Below, piece after piece: positions 39,654 through 50,000 of a stretch of 64,000 nucleotides of DNA; positions within the stretch are counted from its first letter, which is position 1; each line of letters starts with the position of its first letter. The stretch is taken from positions 555,842-619,841 of the forward strand of contig CAWDHY010000001.1 in the NCBI GenBank assembly GCA_963802255.1, given 5' to 3'. The notes below the pieces were generated by a model. That model did no database searches. It was not told the DNA's origin and saw nothing but the letters and a program-made list of their open reading frames with translations. This DNA comes from Candidatus Magasanikiibacteriota bacterium (GTDB lineage: Bacteria > Patescibacteriota > Patescibacteriia > Magasanikbacterales > GWA2-37-8). Both the position numbers and the translations under genes were made by a program.

Positions 39654-39658
39654 AACCG

Positions 39659-40240
39659 TCAGATACTATAAGTGAATAAACTGGTAATGGCAAAGGCAAT
39701 AGCGACATAGAATGCTCCCCGGGAAACAGGCAAAAGAGCGTCCAGGTTAAATACTAATGCCAGAAGCAAGAATACGACACCCGCAACCTGCAACAGCATT
39801 TTTGTTTTACCCCAAAAATTTGATTGCACTTCGCCTCCGCTTTGTTTTTTAAAAAGCGCAGCAGTAATAATTATGCTTTCCAGAATAATGATGATCCAAG
39901 CGGCATAAAAATCAACATATTTCAAAACCAGTATAAAAACCGTAGTACAAATAAGCAGTTTGTCCGCTAGCGGATCATACATTTTGCCCCATTCCGTAAT
40001 CTGATCGCGCGTGCGGGCTAAAGCGCCGTCAATCGCGTCAGTTAGCGCGGCAATTAAAAACAATACCAAACCTATCCAGTAATTACCCTGCCATAAAAAA
40101 AACGCAATCCATGGCACCATTAAAAAACGCAAAACAGTAACATAATTCGGCCTGACTTTTTTGGGTATCAGGCGTAAAATCGTTTTTTTAAACACCTTAT
40201 CAAAGAAGAACAATTTCGGTATTTGATGCTCTTCTGTCAT
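39659..40240 (-). CDS. CDP-alcohol phosphatidyltransferase (PgsA-like)
   Basis: DAIDGALARTRDQITEWGKMYDPLADK matches D-G-x2-A-R-x8-G-x3-D-x3-D. Multi-TM. Confidence 0.75.
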   Translation of the reverse strand: MTEEHQIPKLFFFDKVFKKTILRLIPKKVRPNYVTVLRFLMVPWIAFFLWQGNYWIGLVLFLIAALTDAIDGALARTRDQITEWGKMYDPLADKLLICTTVFILVLKYVDFYAAWIIIILESIIITAALFKKQSGGEVQSNFWGKTKMLLQVAGVVFLLLALVFNLDALLPVSRGAFYVAIAFAITSLFTYSI

Positions 40241-40242
40241 AA

Positions 40243-41016
40243 TTATTTCTCAATAATATCTACGGATTTAATGGCTACAGGATTTACAGGAGATGAATTT
40301 TCACCTCCGGCACTTTGTTTAACCGGTGCTTCAGCAATTTTATCCACAACATCAAGTCCTTCTGTTACATGGCCAAAAATTACATAATTTTTTGGCAAAG
40401 CGTAATCCTTATGCATAATAAAAAACTGACTGCCATTTGTATCAGGGCCGGAGTTTGCCATGGCAACCGTGCCTCTTAAATAATCACCATCAAATTCTTC
40501 ATCAGCAAAACGATAGCCTGGCCCTCCGGTTCCATTACCGTCCGGATCCCCTCCCTGGATCATAAAATTGCTGATAGTGCGATGAAAAATTGTGTTATCA
40601 TAAAAATTCTTTTTTGCCAAAAAAACAAAATTATTTACGGTAGCAGGCGTCATATCCGCAGTGAAACCAATGGTGATATCACCTGCCGTTGTATGAAGAA
40701 CCGCCGAATATTGTTTTCCTTCTTTGATGACAATTTGTGGCATATTTGAACTATTTGAATTAGCAGGATTTGACGGCGCTGATGCCGCATTTTCCTCCTG
40801 AATATTATTATTTGTATCAGTTGCCGCTTCTCCTGGGGCTGTTTTACCGCTTGAAATATCGTCGAGCCGGCTATTTAGCATTTTTTCTCCATCTTTAAAA
40901 TCTACTACTTCATCTTCTGTAGCAGCGCGTGGAGTTTCATATTTACCCTCAAAAAAAGCGCATCCGCATAGAAAAACAATGCTAAAGATAAGCAATATTG
41001 ACCATTTTTGTCCCAT
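40243..41016 (-). CDS. Cyclophilin-type peptidyl-prolyl cis-trans isomerase, secreted or lipoprotein
   Basis: Signal/lipobox (LCGCAFF) plus the cyclophilin signature FHRTISNFMIQGGDP. A low-complexity linker precedes the domain. Confidence 0.8.
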   Translation of the reverse strand: MGQKWSILLIFSIVFLCGCAFFEGKYETPRAATEDEVVDFKDGEKMLNSRLDDISSGKTAPGEAATDTNNNIQEENAASAPSNPANSNSSNMPQIVIKEGKQYSAVLHTTAGDITIGFTADMTPATVNNFVFLAKKNFYDNTIFHRTISNFMIQGGDPDGNGTGGPGYRFADEEFDGDYLRGTVAMANSGPDTNGSQFFIMHKDYALPKNYVIFGHVTEGLDVVDKIAEAPVKQSAGGENSSPVNPVAIKSVDIIEK

Positions 41017-41148
41017 ATTTCTGTAAGATTAACTAATGTATCAACTATAATCTTATATCAAATATTAAAAAAAGAAAAGACCCGCCCACGCTTTATACAA
41101 GTATACTGGCGTTTGCGGGTCTTTGCCAAAAAACGACTTCGCGCTTTG

Positions 41149-41541
41149 CTACAACAGCCTCCTGATCCCATTGGCATCTCCCTTTTCGCCCGATACGGCG
41201 CAAACTCGAGGCCAGCTATTTCTGACACGGGCCGGTATGGGCAGGTACTTTTTCAGAATTCTGAGCTGGTGCAGGTTCTCGGACACCTCTTTTTCTGACA
41301 GCACTCCGTTCCGGACAAAGAAGAAAACATCCAGCCACAAATCTTTGGCCGGAGCGTCGTTCCCGCTCTCCCTTTCCGGACAATTTCGCCTGCCAGAAGC
41401 AATTTCAATCAGATCGCTAAGCGCCATCTTCACCTCCCTTTCCGAAATTTCCCTGCGGCCCATTGCGCCGCGAATTTCACGCCATTCACCATATGCTGTT
41501 TCTTTGCCAACCTTTACGAGCAACGACATCATCCTCGCCAT
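41149..41541 (-). CDS. Hypothetical protein encoded in a GC-rich insertion
   Basis: 131 aa from the ATG at 41541. It has a strong SD (GGAGGTG-cact-ATG). The protein is charged and helical: MARMMSLLVKVGKETAYGEWREIRG...LSDLIEIASGRRN.... It has only a weak, unconvincing resemblance to four-helix-bundle (23S-IVS) proteins. Local GC is far above the flanks. Confidence 0.4.
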   Translation of the reverse strand: MARMMSLLVKVGKETAYGEWREIRGAMGRREISEREVKMALSDLIEIASGRRNCPERESGNDAPAKDLWLDVFFFVRNGVLSEKEVSENLHQLRILKKYLPIPARVRNSWPRVCAVSGEKGDANGIRRLL

Positions 41542-41676
41542 AGTGCACCTCCATTCTTGGGCGAAGTCTAATAGTTTTTCACGCACCATTACGCGAAAAA
41601 CCAAAAAAAAGAGCTATTAATAATATAGCACTTTTTTAGATTCGAGACAAAAATTTGACAATAACAAATTAAAAAA

Positions 41677-42597
41677 TTATGGATTATTTGCCAACTCATG
41701 AATCAGCCAGGTGTCACCATTCTTTTCTACGGTAACCCACCGCATATTAATACCCTGATTCCATCCATATTGTTCGCCGGCGTCGGTGGATTTTATCTCC
41801 AAATCGGCCTTAAAAACTTGACGCACAGACGTCCACTCTTCCTCATAAACCGGTTCCATATTTTTAATCTTTAGCGCCTGAATAGTATTGAAATTAACAC
41901 CCCAGCCTTGCTTGGTATCAGCATTTGCATCCATCATTTTCAACGCTTCATCAACATTTTTTTCTGAAAGGTAATCAAAAAATTTCCTCACCACTTCTAT
42001 CTGATTAGCTGACTGCGAAACCTTGGGAATCCCCTTTTTAATAATACCCGCGATTTTTACAGCAAAATTAATAATTTCCTCTTCGCTTAAAACCTTATTC
42101 GAACTGCGATTTATGGAAAAAAAATGATTTTCATCTATCACCAGGTATACTTCATTTATTATTCCGTCTTCCTGAATAACCAAAAAATGCTCCATCGGAA
42201 TTTTTGGATCTGTTGTTATGGTCCTATCCAAAAACTCATGCGATTTTTTTTGATTTTCAATCGATAAATTTTCGTAATTTAAACTAAAATACAGTCCGCC
42301 GGGTGACACCTTATTATTCGGCAATTTATAATAATCGTCTGAATACTCAGTAAAATACTGACAATATGCCCCATTATTCTTTAATTCAGTTTTAACAATC
42401 TGTTTGCCTGAAGCTTCCTCAATAATTTCCGCTGAGAATTGTCCGCACATATCCCGAATCTCAATTTCACCTCGATTACCAATGCCATTATCATCTAAGA
42501 CTGCTCCTTTATCATTTCGTCCGCAACCGGCGCCCATAAAAATCAAAACACAAAAAATAAATGTGGTAAAAGCGCTTAACTGTAAAAATTTTTTCAT
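41677..42597 (-). CDS. Hypothetical lipoprotein
   Basis: Preferred start MKKFLQLSAFTTFIFCVLIFMGAGCG (signal peptide plus lipobox); the track start is 42663. No other motif. Confidence 0.45.
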   Translation of the reverse strand: MKKFLQLSAFTTFIFCVLIFMGAGCGRNDKGAVLDDNGIGNRGEIEIRDMCGQFSAEIIEEASGKQIVKTELKNNGAYCQYFTEYSDDYYKLPNNKVSPGGLYFSLNYENLSIENQKKSHEFLDRTITTDPKIPMEHFLVIQEDGIINEVYLVIDENHFFSINRSSNKVLSEEEIINFAVKIAGIIKKGIPKVSQSANQIEVVRKFFDYLSEKNVDEALKMMDANADTKQGWGVNFNTIQALKIKNMEPVYEEEWTSVRQVFKADLEIKSTDAGEQYGWNQGINMRWVTVEKNGDTWLIHELANNP

Positions 42598-42666
42598 AAA
42601 ATATGAAAATAATAAATATGCTGTAATAATTAAAAGTATCCCCAACTTTATCACTTGCCTCAATCG

Positions 42667-42751
42667 CGGAAGGAGAGGGATTCGAACCCTCGAAACCTTT
42701 CGGTTTACACGCTTTCCAAGCGTGCGCCATCGACCACTAGGCGACCCTTCC
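42667..42751 (-). tRNA. tRNA-Ser (anticodon GGA)
   Basis: Reverse complement GGAAGGGTCGCCTAGTGGTCGATGGCGCACGCTTGGAAAGCGTGTAAACCGAAAGGTTTCGAGGGTTCGAATCCCTCTCCTTCCG. It has a 7-bp acceptor stem, anticodon loop TTGGAAA, a long variable arm and a T-loop GGTTCGAATCC. Confidence 0.85.
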
Positions 42752-43531
42752 TGATATATTTTTATGCCGTCTGATTCTATCCCAAATTAAGCCGGAAGTC
42801 AATAAAATAAACAATGCTATCATGCCCCATTGGGCCGGAGTTAACATCGCAAAACGTACATCAGAAACGGTTAAATCATAAGCTCTAAAAAAATCCAGAT
42901 TGAATCGTACGACTGAATACATTAAAAAAGAATACGCTAATACATGACCGGGTTGATGAATACATTTTTTACGCAATAAAATAAATATCAAAAAAATAGT
43001 AAAAGATAACAGTGATTCAAGCAACCCCAAATCTAAACGCGCTCCGCCCGGAAACGCAACCGATAAAAAACTGCCGGATAAAATCCCAATATGATCATGT
43101 ATCATAAAACAACCAAGCCGGCCAATCCCCCATCCCAGCCATAATCCAAGGACCAAGACATCTCCATAGGCTAAAAAATTAGCCAAATTCCACTTACGAA
43201 ATCTTGAGTAAATAAAAGCGGCTATACCGGCACCAAAGAACCCGCCAAGAGAAGATGCGCCACCATGCCAAATCATAAATATTTCAGATGGGTTTTGCAA
43301 AAAAAATAACGGATTATAAAATAAAACATAAAATAAACGTCCGCCAATCAACCCCGAGAGGAGTATCCAAAAAAATAAATCTAAGATAGCATCATCGGAT
43401 AAATTTTGTGTTCGAGCAATTTTTCGTGCGATAACAAGGGCGGCAAGGGCGCCAGCCGACACAAAAAGGCCCCAGACCTGCAACGTCACGGGACCGATGT
43501 TAATTGTGTTTAAAAAGAAATATGGTATCAT
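42737..43531 (-). CDS. lgt: Prolipoprotein diacylglyceryl transferase
   Basis: N-terminus INIGPVTLQVWGLFVSAGAL, ...GGRLFYVLFYNP..., multi-TM Lgt topology. Its 3' end overlaps the tRNA by about 15 nt, so the real stop or tRNA edge may differ slightly. Confidence 0.75.
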   Translation of the reverse strand: MIPYFFLNTINIGPVTLQVWGLFVSAGALAALVIARKIARTQNLSDDAILDLFFWILLSGLIGGRLFYVLFYNPLFFLQNPSEIFMIWHGGASSLGGFFGAGIAAFIYSRFRKWNLANFLAYGDVLVLGLWLGWGIGRLGCFMIHDHIGILSGSFLSVAFPGGARLDLGLLESLLSFTIFLIFILLRKKCIHQPGHVLAYSFLMYSVVRFNLDFFRAYDLTVSDVRFAMLTPAQWGMIALFILLTSGLIWDRIRRHKNISGRVA

Positions 43532-44865
43532 CTTAATTTCGCGCAGTTAATAATATCAGACACACTGTCGGCAATATGGCATAATTCACGGTCGCTTTTG
43601 CCGATAGTTTTAAAATCTTTATACATCACATTTATAAAATCAACCAATGGCTGCCAAAATTCTCTGTCATACAGGCAAAGCGGCATGTGTTCAACTTTCC
43701 CCGTTTCAACAAGGGTCAGTAATTCAAACAGCTGGTGTAAGGTGCCAAAACCACCCGGGAAAAAGGTAAAACCGCTAGAGGGTGCAGTAATAATTAGTTT
43801 GCGGACGAAAGGAAATGTAAAACCAATAGTTCTTGTCATAAAATTATTCCGTCTTTCGACTCCTTTTACGCGCATATTAATCCCAATGCTCTCACCACCT
43901 GCTTCGAATGCTCCTTTGTTTGCGGCTTCCATAATACCCGGCCCCCCACCGGTAACAACCGCATATCCCAATTTTGACATTTCCTTGCCCAGTTCATGCG
44001 CCGCCTCATAATAGCGGGTGCCGGCCATAATACTTTTCGTTCCCAAAATTGTGGCGCTATTTTTTATCTGGGTTAAAAATTCAAAGCCATCTACAAGCTC
44101 CGCCATAATTCTAAATATCCGCCATTCCGCGTCACCCTTTGAATCAAATTGCGGACTATAATAATTCGGCCTGTCTTTTGCTTCTTTTATATATTCAAAA
44201 GCTTCTTTCGCGTCGTCAACCACGTACCATTTATCTATCTCCGCGTCAGTCAATGAGCCGACCAGTTTTCCTGACTTCTCTCGCAAAAAACTAATAATTG
44301 GCTTCCAAAAGTCACTTCCCACCAATACCACCGGAGATTCTTGCATATACCCTTGCTCCATCAGATCTACGACCTCAAAAAATTCATCCAGCGTGCCGAA
44401 ACCGCCGGGAAAAAATACAAAGGCATTGGCCGGTGATGTCAACATTACCTTTCTGGTAAAAAAATAATAGAATCCCGTTGATTTTTTTACATAAGGATTG
44501 GTGCGTTGCTCAAACGGTAATTGAATATTTAGACCGACCGATTCTCCCCCCGCTTCATAGGCTCCGCGATTCCCCGCCTCCATAATACCGGGGCCACCAC
44601 CTGTAATTGTGGTAAAACCATTTTTTCCCAATAAGTGACCAAGGTCCACGGCGATCTTGTAATATTTTGTATTCGGTTCCAAACGGGCAGATCCCAAAAT
44701 AGTTACTTCATTCTTTAATTCACCTAAAAATTGAAATCCTTCGACAAATTCCGACATTATTTTAAAAATCCGCCATGATTCACGGTATTCCACCACTGCT
44801 CCGGCGGTAATTAATTTTTGCGGATTCTCGCCTGAATCCTGTGCTGGTTCTTGAATTTTTTTCAT
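43528..44865 (-). CDS. Tandem-duplicated LOG-family (TIGR00730 Rossmann-fold) protein
   Basis: Two consecutive LOG domains, each with GGGPGIMEA(G/A)N(R/K)GA...GGES(V/I)G(L/I)N and PGG(F)GT(L)(D/H)E(F/L) motifs. Confidence 0.75.
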   Translation of the reverse strand: MKKIQEPAQDSGENPQKLITAGAVVEYRESWRIFKIMSEFVEGFQFLGELKNEVTILGSARLEPNTKYYKIAVDLGHLLGKNGFTTITGGGPGIMEAGNRGAYEAGGESVGLNIQLPFEQRTNPYVKKSTGFYYFFTRKVMLTSPANAFVFFPGGFGTLDEFFEVVDLMEQGYMQESPVVLVGSDFWKPIISFLREKSGKLVGSLTDAEIDKWYVVDDAKEAFEYIKEAKDRPNYYSPQFDSKGDAEWRIFRIMAELVDGFEFLTQIKNSATILGTKSIMAGTRYYEAAHELGKEMSKLGYAVVTGGGPGIMEAANKGAFEAGGESIGINMRVKGVERRNNFMTRTIGFTFPFVRKLIITAPSSGFTFFPGGFGTLHQLFELLTLVETGKVEHMPLCLYDREFWQPLVDFINVMYKDFKTIGKSDRELCHIADSVSDIINCAKLR

Positions 44866-44876
44866 AAAAAAATTGA

Positions 44877-46301
44877 TTATTTTTCAAGTGAATGACCAAC
44901 GCGCAATATTGCAGATTCATTCATGCGTGCACCTATAATCTGTACGCCGATGGGCAAGCCTGACTTAGTCTCACCTGCGGGTAAAGACAGCGCGGGTAAA
45001 CCGGCCACTGCAGCCGGAGAAACCATTACATCGGATAAATATAGTGAGAGCGGATCATTTACCAATTCTCCAATATCAAAAGCAGGGCTCGGTGTTGTTG
45101 GTGTAATCAGTGCGTCAACTTTATTAAACACTTGATCAAAATCTCGCCTGATTAATGTCCTCACTTTCTGGGCTTTTTTATAGTAGGCGTCATAATATCC
45201 GGCCGATAACGCATAAGTGCCGATGAGAATACGCCGTTTTACCTCCTCCGGGAATCCATTCGCTCGAGATTTTGCATATAAATCAAACAATTTTTTTGTT
45301 TTTATTCTATCCCCATAGCGCACTCCATCAAGACGAGCCAAATTTGAGCTATCTTCACTCGGTACAATAATATAATAGACTGCGATAGCATATTTTGTAT
45401 GAGGCAAGCTGACCGGCACAATCTTACAGCCTAATTCCTTGAGTTTTTCAATTTGATTTTCCGTTGCCCCGATTATTTCTTTATCAATACCCTCCACATT
45501 AAAATATTCGGCCGGTACACCGATCTTCATCCCCTTAATATCTTTTTCAATCTCTTTTGAATAAATAGGTACCGGTTCATCAACAGTAGTGGCATCTTTC
45601 GGATCTTTACCTGCCATAACCTCCATCAGTAAAGCGACGTCTTCAACTGACTTTGCAATTGGCCCGACCGTATCAAGTGAAGATGCCATCGGCATAATTC
45701 CAAAACGAGAATTACGGCCATAGCTCGGACGCAAACCAACCACTCCGCAAAAAGCCGCCGGCTGACGGATTGACCCCCCGGTATCTTCAGCGATGGAAAA
45801 AATACACTCATTATCCGCTACTGCCGCGGCTGAACCCCCCGATGAACCACCTGCCACTTTTGATGTATTATGCGGATTGCGGACAGGCCCGTACATACTA
45901 TTCTCATTACTGGCGCCATGTCCAAAAGCATCACAATTATTTTTTCCGATAACCACACCTCCTGCATCGCGCAATTTTTTTATTACTGACGCATCATAAG
46001 ATGGAATAAAATTATCCAAAATTTTTGCCGCTCCGGTTGAACGAAGACCAACTGTGCAGATAGCGTCCTTTACCGCAAACGGAACGCCGGCGATCGCGCC
46101 GGCCTTTTTCTTTGATATCAAAACATCGGCTGTTTTCGCGTCAATCATCGCTTCTTCGGCACTTATTGAAATAAACGCATTTATTTCATCATTACGTTTA
46201 TTTATTCTTTTTAGACAGGCCTCCGTCAATTCAACAGAACTAAATTTCTTTTTTTTCAACCCTTCAACAGATTCTCTAATTGTCAGCTCATTTAAATTCA
46301 T
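44877..46301 (-). CDS. gatA: Glutamyl-tRNA(Gln)/Asp-tRNA(Asn) amidotransferase subunit A
   Basis: Amidase signature GGSSGGSAAAVA...TGGSIRQPA. Directly downstream of gatC. Confidence 0.9.
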   Translation of the reverse strand: MNLNELTIRESVEGLKKKKFSSVELTEACLKRINKRNDEINAFISISAEEAMIDAKTADVLISKKKAGAIAGVPFAVKDAICTVGLRSTGAAKILDNFIPSYDASVIKKLRDAGGVVIGKNNCDAFGHGASNENSMYGPVRNPHNTSKVAGGSSGGSAAAVADNECIFSIAEDTGGSIRQPAAFCGVVGLRPSYGRNSRFGIMPMASSLDTVGPIAKSVEDVALLMEVMAGKDPKDATTVDEPVPIYSKEIEKDIKGMKIGVPAEYFNVEGIDKEIIGATENQIEKLKELGCKIVPVSLPHTKYAIAVYYIIVPSEDSSNLARLDGVRYGDRIKTKKLFDLYAKSRANGFPEEVKRRILIGTYALSAGYYDAYYKKAQKVRTLIRRDFDQVFNKVDALITPTTPSPAFDIGELVNDPLSLYLSDVMVSPAAVAGLPALSLPAGETKSGLPIGVQIIGARMNESAILRVGHSLEK

Positions 46302-46303
46302 AT

Positions 46304-46603
46304 TTATGATTCTTCTTCAACAAACACTCCCGGCACCCTTAATTCACCGGCATAAACATCAGGCATTGCTTCAATCAATTCTTTCCTGTTAGGCGATGTA
46401 ATTGATTCGTCGGCGCGTACTACATTTATGAGACCGGTTACCTGCTCAGTCGCCTCTACGCCAGAAGTATCAACCTCGTTCAAAACCTTCATATATTCCA
46501 AAACCGCCGAAATTGTTTCGGCGTAACGGCGCTCTTCCTCACCCGTCAATTCAAGGCGGGCCAGAGAAGCGATTTTCTTAATTTCATCTAGTGTTAAAAC
46601 CAT
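46304..46603 (-). CDS. gatC: Glu/Asp-tRNA amidotransferase subunit C
   Basis: 99 aa. LTLDEIKKIASLARLELTGEEE is the GatC family N-terminus. Confidence 0.8.
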   Translation of the reverse strand: MVLTLDEIKKIASLARLELTGEEERRYAETISAVLEYMKVLNEVDTSGVEATEQVTGLINVVRADESITSPNRKELIEAMPDVYAGELRVPGVFVEEES

Positions 46604-46653
46604 AAATAGCCCCTAAACTATACCAAAAATACCGGGGCGCCGCAACCCGTTTG

Positions 46654-47022
46654 CTACTCCCCAAGCTTATCTTTAACGAGCTTTATCACATCTTTAATAT
46701 TCCAATCAGCTTTAACCAGATAATCAAACGACTTGTGTTTAACCGCTTCAGCCACTTTTTCATTATCACTCAGATTCGTCAGTAAAATAACTTTAACGTC
46801 TTTACCCCAACTGTCCTGACGCAGTTTCTCAAGCATGGTCATGCCGTCCATTTTTGGCATAATGATATCCAGCAAAATAAGGTCAGGGTGAAATTTAAGT
46901 GACATTTCCAGGCCTTCTTCACCATCACGCGCTACTTTTACATCAATTTTTTCCTCTTTGAGCTGCGATGATAGTATATCTGACAACTCAATTTCATCTT
47001 CTACTATAAGCACTTTTTTCAT
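46654..47022 (-). CDS. Single-domain response regulator (CheY-like receiver)
   Basis: 122 aa. Has DE (VEDE), the phospho-acceptor context LILLDIIMPKMDG, and T and K contexts. Confidence 0.8.
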   Translation of the reverse strand: MKKVLIVEDEIELSDILSSQLKEEKIDVKVARDGEEGLEMSLKFHPDLILLDIIMPKMDGMTMLEKLRQDSWGKDVKVILLTNLSDNEKVAEAVKHKSFDYLVKADWNIKDVIKLVKDKLGE

Positions 47023-47083
47023 ATGAATAAATATTATTTCTTAATCCATAAAAAATAGATCAAGAAGACTCCTGATCAGGGAA

Positions 47084-50000
47084 TCATTTTTTAGGTAACT
47101 CAAAATAAAATGTTGTACCAATATTTTCACCGGATTCAAACCAAATTTTACCGCCATGACCTTCAACAATAGCTTTCACGATATACAAACCGAGTCCCGT
47201 CCCCGCCTTGCCTGAATTTGTTACATTGTCAGCACGAAAAAATTTCTCATAAATGCGGTTTTGCTGTTTCAGCGGTATTCCCATACCGATATCTTTAACA
47301 ATAAAGATATTACTGCCGGTTCCCGGCTTTGTTTCGACTTTTATCTTTCCTCCTGGATTGGAGTATCTGACGGCATTATTTATTAAATTCTGAAACACCT
47401 GATATAGCTTCTCTTCGTCAACCATCATCAAAAGATGCTCCGGCCAGTTAATAAGCTCAATTTTAACATCATTTTGTACAACTGTTGCTGATTGATCAGA
47501 AATTACGCGACGCACAATTGAAGTTATATCCGACTTCTTTTTTTCTATGGCGAATTTTTTCCCTGTCTCGATTCTGGACACATTTAACAAGTCATTCACC
47601 AATCGTACCATTTTCAAGCTACCACTGTATATTCTGTGTACATAATCTGTTTGTTTCTTCGTCAATTCCTTTTTATCAGAAAGCAAAAGTTCCGTATACC
47701 ATTTCATCGAGGTTAAAGGCGTGCGGAGTTGATGAGAGGCAATTGAGACAAACTCTGTTTTCATCCGGTCGATTTCTTTCGCCCGTGTTATATCCTTTTC
47801 AATGCTTAGGAAAAAAATAATCTCACCATTGTCATCAAAAACCGGAGAAATGTGAACTTCAGCATCATAAATTTCGCCATCTTTTCTCTTGTTTTTTAAC
47901 TCGCCCTGATAAACTTTCTTTTCGTCTTTTATTGTCTGCCACATTTTTTGATAAAAATCCTTACTCATCTGACCTCCCCACAATTCGCCCGGGTCAAACC
48001 CGATTATCTCGTCTACTTTAAAACCTGTAATTTTCTCAGTGGCTTTATTAGCAAATAATATTTTCGCTTCAGCATCGGTAATTACAATAAGGTCCGAAGC
48101 CCCTTCAACAGCCAGTTTAAACTTTTCCAGGTCTTTGGCTAAAGATTCAGAAACATTTTTTTCTTTTTCTATGTCCTCGAGCACATTCATCATTGCTTTT
48201 TTTGTCTTTTCAACTTCAACAACTCTTTTTTGCAAATCATCCTCAACTTGTTTCCGTTTCGTAACATCCTTTAAAAAATTAAGCGTCGCCGGCCTGCCTG
48301 CCCACATGATTAAAACCGCGTTTATTTCCACCCACTTCACATTGCCAGATTTGTCAATAATTCTAAAGGTATAAGGCGTCTCTAATTTTTCACCCAACAA
48401 TCTTTTCTGATGTCGTTCGGCAACCATTTTTCTGTCATCCGGATGAATAATTTCTATAAAAGATTTTTTTGCAAATTCTTTTTCAGAAAAACCTGTAACT
48501 TGAATGACCTGACGATTAAAAAATTTAAACACCCCATCTTGAACGACGACAATCGACTCGGTGGCATTGTCAACGACATTTCTATAACGCTCTTCACTCA
48601 AGCGCAAATTTTCCGACGCCTTTTTCTTTTCTGTTATATCATCAATACTAGAAAGCACAATCTTTTCATTTCCAACTGTAACCAAATCTGCAAAAAAATT
48701 GCCGATAATAATTTCTCCGGATTTTTTTCTGAACTGGACTTCTCTATTTTTCACAGAAATGCCATTTTTTAAATCATCAACAATTTTTTTCCTCTCATTA
48801 AAATTGACCCATAGAGTCAGCTCTTCGGTTGTCTTACCGATTACTTCGGCCCGCGAATAGCCAGACAGCTTAAATAAGGCCTCATTTGCATCAATAATCT
48901 TCCCATCGGTCGGGCGTGTCATAATTTTAGCATAAGGAGATGTTTCAAAAGCTTTTGAAAACTTTTCTTCGCTCATTCTTATCTTCTCTTCCGTCAGCAA
49001 ACGACTGGTCACATCTTGTCCGGTAGATAAAACTCCGATGATTTTTCCACTTTCATCCCTTAAGACTTGGTTAAACCATTCAATGCTAATTTCACTTCCT
49101 GATTTAGTAAGGATGGAATTTATTAATCCTCTCACCGGGGTGCCTTCTTTAACACTTAAGAAGACATTTTTAATTTTAGCCCGGTCTCTATCGGGTAAAA
49201 ATTTTGCAAACCAATTCACGCCTTTTACTTCATCAATCTTATAACCTGATATTTTCTCAAAATAAGGATTTATGGAAACCACGTTTCCTTCTGCATCCAA
49301 AACGAGTATAACAACCTGTGAAGTGTCAAGAATGTTTTGCGAAAAATCCCGTTCCTTTCTAAGTTCATTTTCAATTATTTTACGGCTGGTAATATCACGG
49401 GCAATGCCAAGCACCATTGATTTACCGTCTATTTTTACCGGATGAGTGCTGATTTCAACAAAAATAGAAGTCCTGTCCTTTTTTACGAGAGTAAATTCAT
49501 CCGGACCGGTGGATTCACCTTTAATATTTTTAGCCAACAAAGACAATATTTTTGCTTTTTGTCCGGGAGCAACAAGCTCTCTCAAGTTAATAAAGCGACT
49601 TCCTATCAATTCACGCCTATCATAACCGGTAATCTTTTCAGCCTCCTTATTACCGTTAATAATTGTTCCTTTTAAATCGCTGAGGTAATAAGCATCCGGT
49701 GCATCCTCAAACATTACCCTCAGCCGTTCATTAGTATTTTTTAACTCTTTTTCCGCCATTTTTCTTTCCGTTATATCACGTATTATCCCCGTAAAATTCA
49801 TCAAACGTCTCCTCTCATCAAATATCGGCTTTCCATACTCTTCAGCATAAAAAAACGTTCCATCACTTTTGATTAAGCGAAATGTTGTAGTAAATAATTC
49901 ACCTGAATCAATGGTTTTTTGCATCTCAAACAAAATTTTCTTTCGGTCGTCCTTATGTACAAATTTTAAAATATTAGAGCCGACAACATCTTCAACTCTG

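Noticed and set aside
41008-41620. Plus-strand ORFs of 96 and 165 aa in the GC-rich insert
   Set aside because: Long open frames are expected by chance in GC-rich DNA. The translations are Ser/Arg/Pro-rich with no start context. The minus-strand ORF with the GGAGGTG SD is preferred, though still unassigned.
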